Made by a program: the position numbers and the translations under genes. From Variovorax sp. OK212 (GTDB lineage Bacteria > Pseudomonadota > Gammaproteobacteria > Burkholderiales > Burkholderiaceae_C), in NCBI RefSeq assembly GCF_900112425.1, contig NZ_FOLP01000001.1, positions 696,082 through 720,081 of the forward strand: a stretch of DNA of 24,000 nucleotides. Reading direction: 5' to 3'. Numbering within the stretch: the stretch's first letter is position 1; each line of letters starts with the position of its first letter. Below, one piece after another: positions 1 to 10,013 of this stretch. The notes under the pieces were generated by a model. It was not told the DNA's origin, did not search any database, and saw only the letters and a program-made list of their open reading frames with translations.

Positions 1-63
1 ACGATCTGGAACCAGAAGAGCATGGCGGCCGAATTTACACGGCCTTGCACATGCCCGGGGGCA

Positions 64-2124
64 TCAGGCCGTCGTTGCTTCGGGTTTCTTGGAGACCAGC
101 GTCAGGATGTCGTAGCTGGCCACCAGCTCGCCGTCCTGGTTGGTCACCTCGACGTCCCAGGCCACCACGCCCTGGCCCTGGCCGGCGGCGTCCTTCTTGT
201 TGCGGTCGATCTTGCGCTTGCAGGTCAGGCGCGCGCGGATGGTGTCGCCGATGCCCACCGGCTTGACGAAGCGCAGCGTGTCCAGGCCGTAGTTGGCCAG
301 CACCGGGCCCGGCGCCGGCGATACGAACAGGCCGGCCGCGGCCGACAGCACGAAGTAGCCGTGCGCGATGCGCTTGCCGAACGGCGACTCCTTGGCCGCC
401 ACTTCGTCGAAGTGCATGTAGAAGTAGTCGCCCGAGATGCCGCCGAAGGCCACGATGTCGGCCTCGCCCACCGTGCGGCGGTGCGTGAGCAGCGAGTCGC
501 CGATGCGCAGGTCTTCGAAGTAGCTGCGAAACGGGTGCACCGCGCTCTCGCGCACGGCCGCGCCGCGCACGTGTTCGCCGGTGACGGCGGCCAGCATGGT
601 GGGCGAGCCCTGCACGGCGGCGCGCTGCAGGTAGTGCTTCACGGCGCGCAGGCCGCCGAGCTCTTCGCCGCCGCCCGCGCGGCCGGGGCCGCCGTGCTTG
701 AGCTGCGGCAGCGGCGAGCCGTGGCCGGTCGATTCGGCGGCGGCTTCGCGGTCGAGCACCAGCAGGCGGCCGTGCCAGGCGGCGGCCACTGGAATGGCCT
801 TGGCCGCGATGGCCGGGTCGCGCGTGACCAGCGTGCCCACGAGGCTGCCGCGGCCGCGCGCGGCCAGGGCCAGCGCTTCGTCGATTCCGTCATAGGGCAT
901 GAGCGTGCTGACGGGGCCGAAGGCCTCGACGTCGTGCGCCGCGTCGTGTTCGAGCGGCTTGCGGCTCAGCAGCAGCGTGGGCGCGAAGAACGCGCCCTGG
1001 GCCACGCCGTCGCCCACGGGCGAGAAGCCGTCGCGCTCGCCGTACACCAGCTCGGCGCCCTGCAGCAGCGTGGCCACGCGTTCGGCCACGTCGGCCTGCT
1101 GCGCGTGCGAGGCGAGGGCGCCCATGCGCACGTTGTCGAGCGAGGGGTCGCCCACCACGGTCTTGGCCAGCCGCGCGCGCAGGCGCTCGGCCACCGCGTC
1201 CAGGTGCTGGCGCGGCACGATGGCGCGGCGGATGGCCGTGCATTTCTGGCCAGCCTTGGTGGTCATCTCGCGCGCCACTTCCTTCACGAAGAGGTCGAAC
1301 TCCTCGTCGTCGGGCGTGACGTCGGGCGCGAGGATCGCGCAGTTGAGCGAGTCGGCCTCGGCGTTGAACGGGATCGACTGGCGCACCAGGTTCGGGTGCA
1401 CGCGCAGCTTGGCGGCGGTGTCGGCCGAACCGGTGAAGGTGACCACGTCGGGCCCCTCGAGCCGGTCGAGCAGGTCGCCGGTGCTGCCGATCACCAGCTG
1501 CAGGCTGCCTTCGGGCAGGATGCCCGACTGCACCACCAGCCGCATCATGGCCTCGGTGAGGTAGCTGGTGGCCGTGGCCGGCTTGCCGATGCACGGCATG
1601 CCTGCCAGGAAGCTGGGCGCGAACTTCTCGAGCAGGCCCCACACCGGGAAGTTGAACGCGTCGATGTGCACCGCCACGCCGCCGCGCGGCACCAGGATGT
1701 GCGTGCCCGCGAAGCCGCCCTTCTTGCCCAGCGGGAAGGCCGGGCCTTCGTGCACCAGGTTGCCCGAGGGCAGCTCGTTGGTGCCGATGCCGGCATAGGC
1801 GCTGAGCGTGCCCGCGCCGCCCTCGATGTCGATCCAGCTGTCGGCGCGCGTGGCGCCGGTGTGGGCCGAGACGGCGTACAGCTGCTCCTTGTTCGCGGCC
1901 AGGTACTTGGCCAGCGCCTTCAGGCGTTCGGCGCGCTGCTGGAAGTCGAGCTTCATGAGCGCGGGGATGCCGGTGCGGCGCGCGTAGGCGAGCGCCTCGG
2001 CGAAGTCGATGGCCTCGGCGTGCGTGGCGGCCACGGGCTTGCCGTTGACGGCGCTGTGCAGCTGCTGGGAGGCCTGCTGGCCGATCCAGCGGCCGGCGAT
2101 GTAGCTTTGGAGGGTGGCGGTCAT
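64..2124 (-). CDS. paaZ: PaaZ, bifunctional oxepin-CoA hydrolase / 3-oxo-5,6-dehydrosuberyl-CoA semialdehyde dehydrogenase (aldehyde dehydrogenase + MaoC hot-dog fusion)
   Basis: 686-aa product from the ATG at 2124 (MTATLQSYIAGRW...) inside track ORF 64..2445. The N-terminal ALDH fold carries the catalytic-Cys motif GQKCTAIRR. The C-terminal MaoC-like hydratase region contains FGKRIAHGYF. I rejected the 107 codons upstream of this ATG because they translate the REP-like intergenic repeat (Arg/Pro/Ser-rich). Confidence 0.9.
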   Translation of the reverse strand: MTATLQSYIAGRWIGQQASQQLHSAVNGKPVAATHAEAIDFAEALAYARRTGIPALMKLDFQQRAERLKALAKYLAANKEQLYAVSAHTGATRADSWIDIEGGAGTLSAYAGIGTNELPSGNLVHEGPAFPLGKKGGFAGTHILVPRGGVAVHIDAFNFPVWGLLEKFAPSFLAGMPCIGKPATATSYLTEAMMRLVVQSGILPEGSLQLVIGSTGDLLDRLEGPDVVTFTGSADTAAKLRVHPNLVRQSIPFNAEADSLNCAILAPDVTPDDEEFDLFVKEVAREMTTKAGQKCTAIRRAIVPRQHLDAVAERLRARLAKTVVGDPSLDNVRMGALASHAQQADVAERVATLLQGAELVYGERDGFSPVGDGVAQGAFFAPTLLLSRKPLEHDAAHDVEAFGPVSTLMPYDGIDEALALAARGRGSLVGTLVTRDPAIAAKAIPVAAAWHGRLLVLDREAAAESTGHGSPLPQLKHGGPGRAGGGEELGGLRAVKHYLQRAAVQGSPTMLAAVTGEHVRGAAVRESAVHPFRSYFEDLRIGDSLLTHRRTVGEADIVAFGGISGDYFYMHFDEVAAKESPFGKRIAHGYFVLSAAAGLFVSPAPGPVLANYGLDTLRFVKPVGIGDTIRARLTCKRKIDRNKKDAAGQGQGVVAWDVEVTNQDGELVASYDILTLVSKKPEATTA

Positions 2125-2144
2125 GTGCGATGTCCTTGTATGGC

Positions 2145-2260
2145 TCCTTCCCCTTGCGGGGGAAGGTGGGGATGGGGGCTGCGCCCAACGGGCGCTGCGC
2201 TTCGTTCGAGGCCGTCGTGCCCCCGCCCCGACCCTTGCCCGCAAGGGGAGGGCGCAAGGC
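2145..2260. repeat. Composite REP-like palindromic element (two inverted 31-nt modules flanking a central hairpin) between the transporter genes and paaZ
   Basis: Left module 2149-2179: TCCCCTTGCGGGGGAAGGTGGGGATGGGGGC. The reverse complement of the right module 2219-2249 is TCCCCTTGCGGGCAAGGGTCGGGGCGGGGGC, identical at 25/31 positions. Each module holds its own hairpin: CCTTCCCC/GGGGAAGG at 2146-2166 and CCCTTGC/GCAAGGG at 2232-2247. The central hairpin GCGCCC-AAC-GGGCGC is at 2181-2195. Confidence 0.7.
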
Positions 2261-2275
2261 AGGGTGGCACGAGGG

Positions 2276-3003
<728 letters not shown>

Positions 3004-3007
<4 letters not shown>

Positions 3008-4941
3008 CGTGCGTCTTCCAGCAGTTCGTCGTCGGCGCCGCCGAGGTAGGCCTCGAGCACGCGCGGGTTGGCCTGCACTTCGGCCGGGGTGCCGGTGGCG
3101 ATGACGGTGCCGAATTCGAGCACCGTGATGCGGTCGGCCAGGTTCATCACGAACTCCATGTCGTGCTCCACCACGAGGATGCCCAGGCCTTCGGCGCGCA
3201 GCTGGCTCAGCAGCACGGAGAGGGCGCGCTTTTCCAGGTGGCGCAGGCCGGCGGCGGGCTCGTCCAGCAGCAGCACCGACGGCTGTCCGGCCAATGCACG
3301 CGCGATTTCCACCACGCGCTGCTGGCCCAGCGAGAGCGAGGCGGCGGGCGTGTCGGCATGCGCGCCGAGGCCGCAGCGTTCGATCTGGCGGCGGGCCTCG
3401 GCCATCAGCGCGGCTTCTTCGGCGCGGTCGAGCCGCAGCGCGGCCGCGAGCCAGCCGCGCCTGGCGCGCAGGTGAGCGCCGAGCGCGACGTTCTCCACCA
3501 CGCTGCGCTGGCCCAGCAGCCGCACGTGCTGGAAGGTGCGGCCCAGGCCGCGCGCCGCGAAGGCGCGCGAAGGCTTGCCCGACATCGTCTCGCCCACCAG
3601 GCGAACCTCGCCCGAGCTGGGGTCGTCGACGCCCGAGATCATGTTGAAGAAGGTGCTCTTGCCTGCGCCGTTCGGCCCGATCAGCGCATGGATCTCGCCG
3701 GCCTTGAGCGTCATCGAGATGGCGTTGTTGGCCACCAGCCCGCCGAAGCGCTTGCTGACGTCGTCGGCCTGCAGCACCAGCGTGCCGGAGGCGGGCAGGG
3801 TGCGCTGGGCGAGTTGAGTGAGTTGAGCGAGTTGAGCAGGCGCACCAGTCGCGGCGGTTGCTTCAGGCACCGCCTTGGCCACCGGCCGCACCCAGCGGCT
3901 CAGCAGCCGCGCGAGCGTGGGCCACAGGCCGTCGGCGAAGCGCTGCAGCACGAACAGCATCAGCAGGCCGAACACCACCACCTCGAAGTTGCCGCTGGTG
4001 CCCAGCAGCGCGGGCAGCACGTCCTGCAGCTTTTCCTTCAGCAGCGTGATCAGCGTGGCGCCGAGCACCGCGCCCCACAGGTGGCCCGCGCCGCCGACCA
4101 CCGCCATGAACAGCATCTCGATGCCGATGTTCAGGTTGAAGGGCGTGGGGTTCACGAAGCGCTGCATGTGCGCGTAGAGCCAGCCCGACACGGCCGCCAG
4201 CAGCGCGGCCAGCACGAACAGCTTGATGCGGTGGCGGGCGGTGTCGACACCCATCGACTCGGCCATGAGCCGGCCGCCCTTGAGCGCGCGGATGGCGCGG
4301 CCTTCGCGCGAGTCGAGCAGGTTGTGCATGGCCCACAGCGCGAGCAGCAGCACCGCCCAGATCACCACGCCCAGCTTGCGCGGCGTGGCCAGCGAGAAGC
4401 CCGCCACCACCAGCGGCGGAACGCCGGTGATGCCGGTCTGCCCGCCCAGGAACTCCATGTTGCCCAGCAGGAAGTACAGGCTCAGGCCCCAGGCGATGGT
4501 GCACAGCGGCAGGTAGTGGCCCGACAGCTTGAGCGTGACCGCGCCGAGCGCCCAGGCCAGCAGGAAAGTGGCCACCAGCCCGAGCAGCAGCCCGGCCCAG
4601 GGCACCAGCGCCGAGCCGGCGAAGCCGCCGAGCCAGCCGGCCGCGGTGGGCGAGGTGCAGATCCACGCGGTGGCGTAGGCGCCCATGCCCACGAAGGCGG
4701 CCTGGCCGAACGAGGTCATGCCGCCCACGCCGGTGAGCAGCACGAGGCCGACCGCCACCAGCGCGTACAGGCCGATGTTGCTCAGCACCGAGACCGTGAA
4801 CTCGGGCAGCCAGCCCCAGGCCAGCGCGAGCGCGACGATGCAGGCCAGCGTGAGGGTGCGCGGCGTGACCAGCGGGCGGCCCTGCGCGGCGGCTCGGGTG
4901 GAAGCGGGAGAAGCAGCAGAAGTAGACGAAGACGGATTCAT
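3004..4941 (-). CDS. Fused LivM-type permease / LivG-type ATP-binding protein (single polypeptide)
   Basis: 645 aa from the ATG at 4941 (MNPSSSTS...) inside track ORF 3004..5775. This ATG overlaps the stop of the LivH-type gene as ATGA. The N-terminal half is polytopic and hydrophobic (LivM-like). A Gln/Leu/Ala linker ([13 protein letters not shown]) follows. The C-terminal half is an ATPase with [15 protein letters not shown] and [10 protein letters not shown]. The frame is continuous, with no stop or frameshift between the two halves. Confidence 0.88.
3811..3837. repeat. In-frame 9-bp tandem repeat x3 in the LivM-LivG linker
   Basis: GAGTTGAGT GAGTTGAGC GAGTTGAGC, encoding (QLA/QLT/QLA) on the minus strand. 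Confidence 0.9.
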
Positions 4942-5966
4942 TCTTCGTCCTCCACATGATGGCTGCGCAGCGAACGCCACCACAGCACGGGAATGATCAG
5001 GGTGAAGACCAGCACTTCCTTGTAGGCGCTGGCCCAGAACGACGAGAACGACTCCAGCAGGCCCACCAGCAGCGCGCCCGCGAGCGCCAGCGGGTAGCTG
5101 GCCAGCCCGCCGACGATGGCCGCCACGAAGCCCTTGAGGCCGATGAGGAAGCCGGTGTCGTAGTACACGGTGGTGATGGGTGCGATGAGCAGGCCCGACA
5201 CCGCGCCGATGACGGCCGCGAGCGCGAAGCTCAGGTCGCCCGACAGTTCGGTGGGAATGCCCGACAGCCGTGCGCCCACGCGGTTGATGGCGGTGGCGCG
5301 CAGCGCCTTGCCGACCATGGAGCGGCCGAAGAACCAGAACATGGCGATCACCAGCACCAGCGTGACGCCCACCACCACGACCGACTGGCCGCTGACGGGA
5401 ATGCCGCCGATGTCGAAGCGCGCGTCCGAGAACGGCGTGGTGCGCGAGCCTTCGGCGCCGAAGAAGTACAGGCCCAGGCCGACCAGCACACCGTGCAGCG
5501 CGACCGACACGATCAGCAGCATGAGCACGCTGGCGTCGGCCAGCGGACGGTAGGCCAGCCGGTAGAGCAGGGGCCCGAGCGGCGCGATCAGCACCAGCGT
5601 GGTGGCGGCCTGCAACGCCATCGAGGTGGGCTTGAAGCCGAGCACCAGCACCGCGGCCACGGCCGGGAATGCCACGCACCAGGTGAGGGCCGAGAACCAG
5701 TCGACGACCGTGCCGCGCTTCCAGCGCCAGGCTTCCACCGCCAGCACGGCCGCGGCCAGCGCCAGCAGCAGCCACAGCGTGGCCGGCGTGCGGCCGGCCT
5801 GCAGCGCGGCCATGGTGAGCGCACCGAAGGCGACGAACTCGCCCTGCGGGATGAAGATCACGCGCGTGACCGAAAACACCAGCACCAGCGCGAGCGCCAT
5901 CAGTCCGTAGACCGCGCCGTTCACGATGCCGTCCTGCCCCAGCAACAGGGCAATCTCCATGTCCAT
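4938..5966 (-). CDS. LivH-type ABC transporter permease
   Basis: 342-aa highly hydrophobic protein ([31 protein letters not shown]...), typical of the HAAT-family LivH N-terminus. A weak SD (GGAAAG) lies upstream. The start could instead be the third codon, which is also Met. Confidence 0.88.
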   Translation of the reverse strand: MDMEIALLLGQDGIVNGAVYGLMALALVLVFSVTRVIFIPQGEFVAFGALTMAALQAGRTPATLWLLLALAAAVLAVEAWRWKRGTVVDWFSALTWCVAFPAVAAVLVLGFKPTSMALQAATTLVLIAPLGPLLYRLAYRPLADASVLMLLIVSVALHGVLVGLGLYFFGAEGSRTTPFSDARFDIGGIPVSGQSVVVVGVTLVLVIAMFWFFGRSMVGKALRATAINRVGARLSGIPTELSGDLSFALAAVIGAVSGLLIAPITTVYYDTGFLIGLKGFVAAIVGGLASYPLALAGALLVGLLESFSSFWASAYKEVLVFTLIIPVLWWRSLRSHHVEDEE

Positions 5967-5996
5967 AAAAACTTTCCGACTAGCGTGCGTTCAGCA

Positions 5997-6024
5997 GGCC
6001 GGCGATGCACAGGAATCGCCGGCC
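5997..6024 (-). other. Intercistronic GC-rich stem-loop (10-bp perfect stem) between the binding-protein gene and the permease genes
   Basis: GGCCGGCGAT (5997-6006) pairs with ATCGCCGGCC (6015-6024) around an 8-nt loop. The T5 run (6026-6030) is on the plus-strand side. On the transcribed minus strand the stem is preceded by A5 rather than followed by U-run. Confidence 0.6.
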
Positions 6025-6036
6025 CTTTTTGCGGGA

Positions 6037-6070
6037 ACACCGCGCAACCGGTCGCGCCGGCCCGCGGTGT
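6037..6070 (-). other. Second intercistronic stem-loop downstream of the binding-protein gene
   Basis: ACACCGCG (6037-6044) pairs with CGCGGTGT (6063-6070), with an inner CCGG...CCGG extension. Confidence 0.5.
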
Positions 6071-6092
6071 CCTTTCGTTCGACCCCTGGAGA

Positions 6093-7238
6093 TCAGGGCT
6101 GGTATTTCCAGGCGCCGTTCTCGATCTTCACCATCACGCGGGCGCGCTGGTCCAGGCCCAGGTGGTCGGCCGCGGTCATGTTGAACACGCCGTGCGCGCC
6201 GGCCACTTCCTTGGTCTGCTCGAGCGCGTCGCGCAGCGCGGCACGGAACTCGGGCGTGCCCGGCTGGGCCTTCTTCAGCGCGGCCGGCACGGCCGAGCTC
6301 ATCAGCAGGCCGGCGTCCCAGGCGTGGCCGCCGAAGGTCGACACGGAACCCTTGCCGTAGGCGGCTTCGTACGCGGCCACATAGGCCAGCGCGGACTTCT
6401 TCACCGGGTTGCTGGCCGGCAGCTGGTCGGCCACGAGCACCGGGCCGGCGGGCAGGAAGGTGCCCTCGACGTCCTTGCCTCCCACGCGCAGGAAGTCGGC
6501 GTTGGCCACGCCGTGCGTCTGGTACATCTTGCCGTTGTAGCCGCGCTCCTTGAGCGTCTTCTGCGGCAGTGCGGCCGGCGTGCCGGAGCCTGCGACCAGC
6601 ACCGCGTCGGGCTTGGCGGACATGATCTTCAGCGCCTGGCCGGTCACCGAGGTGTCGGTGCGCGCATAGCGTTCGTTGGCCACGACCTTGATCTTCTTCA
6701 GCTCGGCGGCCTTGGCGAATTCCTGCGACCAGCCTTCGCCGTAGGCGTCGGAGAAGCCGATGAAGGCGACGGTCTTCACGCCGTTGGCGGCCATGTGCTC
6801 GGCGATGGCCAGCGACATCATGATGTCGTTCTGCGGCGTCTTGAAGACCCACTTCTTCTTGGCGTCCATCGGCTCGATGATGCGGGCCGAGGCGGCCACC
6901 GAGATCATCGGCGTCTGCGCTTCGCTGGCCACGTCGATCATGGCCAGCGAGGCCGGCGTGGTGGTCGAGCCCAGGATCACGTCGACCTTGTTCTCGGCGA
7001 TGAGCTTGCGCGTGTTGTTCACGGCGGCCGTGGTGTCGGACGCGTCGTCCAGCACGATGTAGTTGATCTTCTGCCCGCCGATCGTCTTGGGCATCAGGGC
7101 GATCGTGTTCTTCTCGGGAATGCCCAGCGAAGCGGCCGGGCCGGTGGCCGAGATGGTCACGCCGACGTTGACGTCGGCCCAGGCCGAGAGGGCCGTGGCG
7201 CACAGGGCAGTGATCAGCAGGGGCTTGAAGAATTTCAT
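6093..7238 (-). CDS. Periplasmic substrate-binding protein, LivK/Leu-Ile-Val-binding (type I PBP) family; ligand unknown, possibly an aromatic acid
   Basis: 381 aa with a Sec signal peptide (MKFFKPLLITALCATALSAWA/DV). The mature part has the alternating alpha/beta pattern of the LivK/amide-binding family. It is the first gene of the transporter block. Confidence 0.88.
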   Translation of the reverse strand: MKFFKPLLITALCATALSAWADVNVGVTISATGPAASLGIPEKNTIALMPKTIGGQKINYIVLDDASDTTAAVNNTRKLIAENKVDVILGSTTTPASLAMIDVASEAQTPMISVAASARIIEPMDAKKKWVFKTPQNDIMMSLAIAEHMAANGVKTVAFIGFSDAYGEGWSQEFAKAAELKKIKVVANERYARTDTSVTGQALKIMSAKPDAVLVAGSGTPAALPQKTLKERGYNGKMYQTHGVANADFLRVGGKDVEGTFLPAGPVLVADQLPASNPVKKSALAYVAAYEAAYGKGSVSTFGGHAWDAGLLMSSAVPAALKKAQPGTPEFRAALRDALEQTKEVAGAHGVFNMTAADHLGLDQRARVMVKIENGAWKYQP

Positions 7239-7285
7239 GGTTGGCTTGTCTCCGGGTTGAAATAAAAGTTGAGGCCTGAAGTATC

Positions 7286-8371
7286 TCAGCGCTCGTCGAA
7301 AGAGAGCGTGACGCGTTCGGTCAGGGGGTGTGCCTGGCAGGTCAGTACGAAACCCGCAGCCACTTCATTCTTGTCGAGCGCGAAGTTTCTTTCCATGCGG
7401 ACTTCCCCGTCCACGCATTTCGCGCGGCAGGTGCCGCACACGCCCGAGGTGCACGAGAACGGCACCTCGAGCCCGGCCGCGGAGGCCGCGTCCAGGATGC
7501 TGGGCTGGCCTTCGGTGTAGGTGATCTCGCGCTGCAGGCCGTCGCGCACGATGGTCACGCGCGCCTGCTTGGCGTCGCCCGGCTGCGCCTCGTGCACCAC
7601 CGCGCCCACCTGCGCGGCCGAGGGCAGCGCAACGCCGAAGCGTTCGATGTGGATGCGCGCCTCGGGCACGCCGGCGTCCAGCAGCGCGGCCTCGGCCTCG
7701 TCGTTCATCTGGAACGGGCCGCACACGTAGACGTGGTCGATGCGCGCGGCGGGCACCACGCTTTTCAGGAACTCGCCGATCTTCTCGCGGTTCATCACGC
7801 CGAAGCCCAGGGGCGAGTCGGTGTGTTCGTCGGAGAACACGTGCTGCAGCACCAGGCGCGTCATGTAGCGGTTCTTCAGGTCCTCGATTTCTTCCTTGAA
7901 CATCGTGGACTGCAGCTGGCGGTTGCCGTAGATCAGCGTGAAGCGGCTCGCGGGCTCGCGCGCCAGCACCGTCTTCATGATCGACAGGATGGGCGTGATG
8001 CCGCTGCCGCCGGCAATGCCGACGTGGTGCCGCGCCGAGGACGGCTCGATCGGCACGAAGAAGCGGCCCTGCGGCGCCATCACCTGCAGGGTGTCGCCGG
8101 GCTGCAGGCTGGCGTTGATCCAGTTGGAGAACACGCCGCCGCGCACCTTGCGCACGCCGACGCGCAGCTCGCCGTCGTCCAGGCCGGCGCAGATCGAATA
8201 GGAGCGGCGCAGGTCCTGGCCGTCGATGTCCTTGCGAAGCGTGAGGTACTGGCCCTGCGTGAAGCCGAAGACTTCCTGCAGGTCGGTGGGCACTTCGAAG
8301 GAGACGATGACGGCCTCGGCCGTGTCGGGCTCGATGGCCTTCACGCGCAGGGGGTGGAACAGGGTGCTCAT
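7286..8371 (-). CDS. paaE: PaaE, reductase subunit of phenylacetyl-CoA 1,2-epoxidase (FNR-like + plant-type 2Fe-2S ferredoxin)
   Basis: 361 aa. FAD motif RRSYSI, NAD(P)H motif GGSGITP, C-terminal 2Fe-2S cluster motif CTSGVCGTCRAKC...LTC. Confidence 0.92.
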   Translation of the reverse strand: MSTLFHPLRVKAIEPDTAEAVIVSFEVPTDLQEVFGFTQGQYLTLRKDIDGQDLRRSYSICAGLDDGELRVGVRKVRGGVFSNWINASLQPGDTLQVMAPQGRFFVPIEPSSARHHVGIAGGSGITPILSIMKTVLAREPASRFTLIYGNRQLQSTMFKEEIEDLKNRYMTRLVLQHVFSDEHTDSPLGFGVMNREKIGEFLKSVVPAARIDHVYVCGPFQMNDEAEAALLDAGVPEARIHIERFGVALPSAAQVGAVVHEAQPGDAKQARVTIVRDGLQREITYTEGQPSILDAASAAGLEVPFSCTSGVCGTCRAKCVDGEVRMERNFALDKNEVAAGFVLTCQAHPLTERVTLSFDER

Positions 8372-8384
8372 CGTGTGGGGTGCC

Positions 8385-8903
8385 TCAGATAGGCTTGAAA
8401 TGTTCGAAAGGTTCCCGGCAGGCGATACAGCGGTACAGCGCCTTGCAGGCGGTGGAGCCGAAGGCCGACAGGCGCTCGGTGCGCTCGCTCGCGCAGCGCG
8501 GGCAGGCGATGCGCTCGCCGGCGATGCGGCCGAACAGCTTGATCGGCATGGCGGTGTTGGCGGCGGCTTCGGGCGTGAGGTGCGCCGGCGGCGCGATGCC
8601 GTAGGCCTTGAGCTTGGCGCGGCCTTCGTCGCTGATCCAGTCGCTCGACCAGGCCGGCGCGCGGCGCAGCGTGGCGCGGGCCTGGCCCAGGCCGGCCTGC
8701 GCGATGGCGGCCAGCACGTCGTGCTCGATGGCCTCGGTCGCGGGGCAGCCGGAGTAGGTGGGCGTGAGCACGATCTCCAGGCCGTCGTCGTGTTCGATCA
8801 CGTCGCGCACGATGCCCAGGTCGCAGACCGACACGGCCGGCACCTCGGGGTCGAGCACCGTGTGCAGGACCGCCCAGGCCGCATCGACGCGCGAGGCCGT
8901 CAT
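8385..8903 (-). CDS. paaD: PaaD, phenylacetyl-CoA epoxidase accessory subunit (DUF59/Fe-S assembly-like + C-terminal Cys-rich ribbon)
   Basis: 172 aa from the ATG at 8903 (MTASRVDAAWAVLHTVLDPEVPAVSVCDLGIV...) with a C-terminal CPRC...CIAC. The rest of track ORF 8385..9611 overlaps paaC out of frame and is rejected. Alternative GTG starts at 8918 or 8921 would give a GTGA overlap with the paaC stop. Confidence 0.85.
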   Translation of the reverse strand: MTASRVDAAWAVLHTVLDPEVPAVSVCDLGIVRDVIEHDDGLEIVLTPTYSGCPATEAIEHDVLAAIAQAGLGQARATLRRAPAWSSDWISDEGRAKLKAYGIAPPAHLTPEAAANTAMPIKLFGRIAGERIACPRCASERTERLSAFGSTACKALYRCIACREPFEHFKPI

Positions 8904-8914
8904 GGCGCCGGAGG

Positions 8915-9706
8915 TCACCACACGCCCCCGGGGAAGCTGCGCTGCAGGTGCTGCATCTCGGCCAGGATGTAGCCCATGTGCTCGCTGTGCACGCCCTGCT
9001 TGCCGGTGCTGCGGAAGGCCGCTTCCTTGGGCATGGCGAGGCCGGCGGCGTCGAGCACGTGCTGCATCTCGGCGAGCCAAGGCTCGCGCAGCTCGCTCCA
9101 TGCGGGGCCGAGGCCGCTGGCGCTGGCTTGCGCCTCGACGTCGTCGCTCTCGAACAGCTCGGGCATGTACAGCCACAGCTGCTTGAGCGCCTTCTCGGTG
9201 CGGCGGCGCGACTCTTCGGTGCCGTCGCCCAGGCGCACGACCCAGTCGGCCGAGTGCTGCTGGTGGTAGCGCGCTTCCTTCAGCGCCTTGCCGGCGATGG
9301 CGGCCACCTCGGCGTCGTTCGATGCGGCCAGGCGCTGCCACAGCAGCTTGAGCAGCGTCGACACCATCGTGTTGCGCACCACGGCGAAGGCGAAGTCGCC
9401 GCGCGGCAGCTCGGCGATGGTGAGGTTGAAGTAGTCGCGCTCTTCGCGCAGGTAGGCCAGCTGGTCTTCGTCGTGCACGAGGCCTTCGCCGGCGCCTTCG
9501 GCTTCCAGCTTGCCGGCGTGCGTGAGCAGCGCGCGCGACTGGCCCACCAGGTCCAGCGCGATGTTGGCCATCGCGATGTCTTCTTCCAGCGCGGGCGCGT
9601 GGCCGCACCATTCGCCCAGGCGCTGCGCCAGCACCAGGCAGGTGTCGCCGATGCGCAGCAGGTATTGCACGGCCGGCGTGCGGTTCAGTTCGATCGATGC
9701 TTGCAT
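8915..9706 (-). CDS. paaC: PaaC, structural subunit of phenylacetyl-CoA 1,2-epoxidase
   Basis: 263 aa (MQASIELNRTPAVQYLLRIGDTCLVLAQRLGEWCGHAP...), a ferritin-like four-helix protein in the canonical position between paaB and paaD. Confidence 0.88.
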   Translation of the reverse strand: MQASIELNRTPAVQYLLRIGDTCLVLAQRLGEWCGHAPALEEDIAMANIALDLVGQSRALLTHAGKLEAEGAGEGLVHDEDQLAYLREERDYFNLTIAELPRGDFAFAVVRNTMVSTLLKLLWQRLAASNDAEVAAIAGKALKEARYHQQHSADWVVRLGDGTEESRRRTEKALKQLWLYMPELFESDDVEAQASASGLGPAWSELREPWLAEMQHVLDAAGLAMPKEAAFRSTGKQGVHSEHMGYILAEMQHLQRSFPGGVW

Positions 9707-9716
9707 GGCGTGCCGC

Positions 9717-10013
9717 TCACATGTGGTCGACCGACTTGGGCAACGCGTAGAAGGTGGGATGGCGGTAGACCTTGTCTTCCGCCGGGTCGAAGAACATGTC
9801 CTTGTCGCCCGGGTCGCTGGCCACGATCTGCTCGGAGCGCACCACCCAGATGCTGCTGCCTTCCTGGCGGCGCGTGTACACGTCGCGCGCCATCTGGATG
9901 GCCATCTTCGAATCGGCGGCGTGCAGGCTGCCGCAGTGCTTGTGGTCCAGGCCGGCCTTGCTGCGCACGAACACTTCCCACAGGGGCCATTCTTGTTTTG
10001 CTTCGGTGCTCAT
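9717..10013 (-). CDS. paaB: PaaB, small subunit of phenylacetyl-CoA 1,2-epoxidase
   Basis: 98 aa from the ATG at 10013 ([32 protein letters not shown]...). The ATG overlaps the paaA stop as ATGA. The remainder of track ORF 9717..10379 is an out-of-frame overlap with paaA and is rejected. Confidence 0.9.
   Translation of the reverse strand: MSTEAKQEWPLWEVFVRSKAGLDHKHCGSLHAADSKMAIQMARDVYTRRQEGSSIWVVRSEQIVASDPGDKDMFFDPAEDKVYRHPTFYALPKSVDHM

Noticed and set aside
1-63. Possible terminator downstream of paaZ (palindrome ATGCCC-GG-GGGCAT at 51-64; GGCCG...CGGCC at 41-27 on the minus strand)
   Set aside because: The stems are short, the loops are either too small or AT-poor, no U-tract follows on the minus strand, and the region is cut by the window edge. 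The evidence is insufficient.
3811-3837. Short tandem repeats (here and at 16915-16941, 17653-17688) considered as CRISPR-like or minisatellite loci
   Set aside because: Period 9 with no spacers, entirely in-frame inside coding sequences. They are coding microsatellite-type repeats, not CRISPR arrays.
5997-6030. Hairpin plus T5 read as a plus-strand rho-independent terminator
   Set aside because: No plus-strand gene ends upstream of it. It lies between two co-oriented minus-strand genes, so I report it as an intercistronic stem-loop instead.
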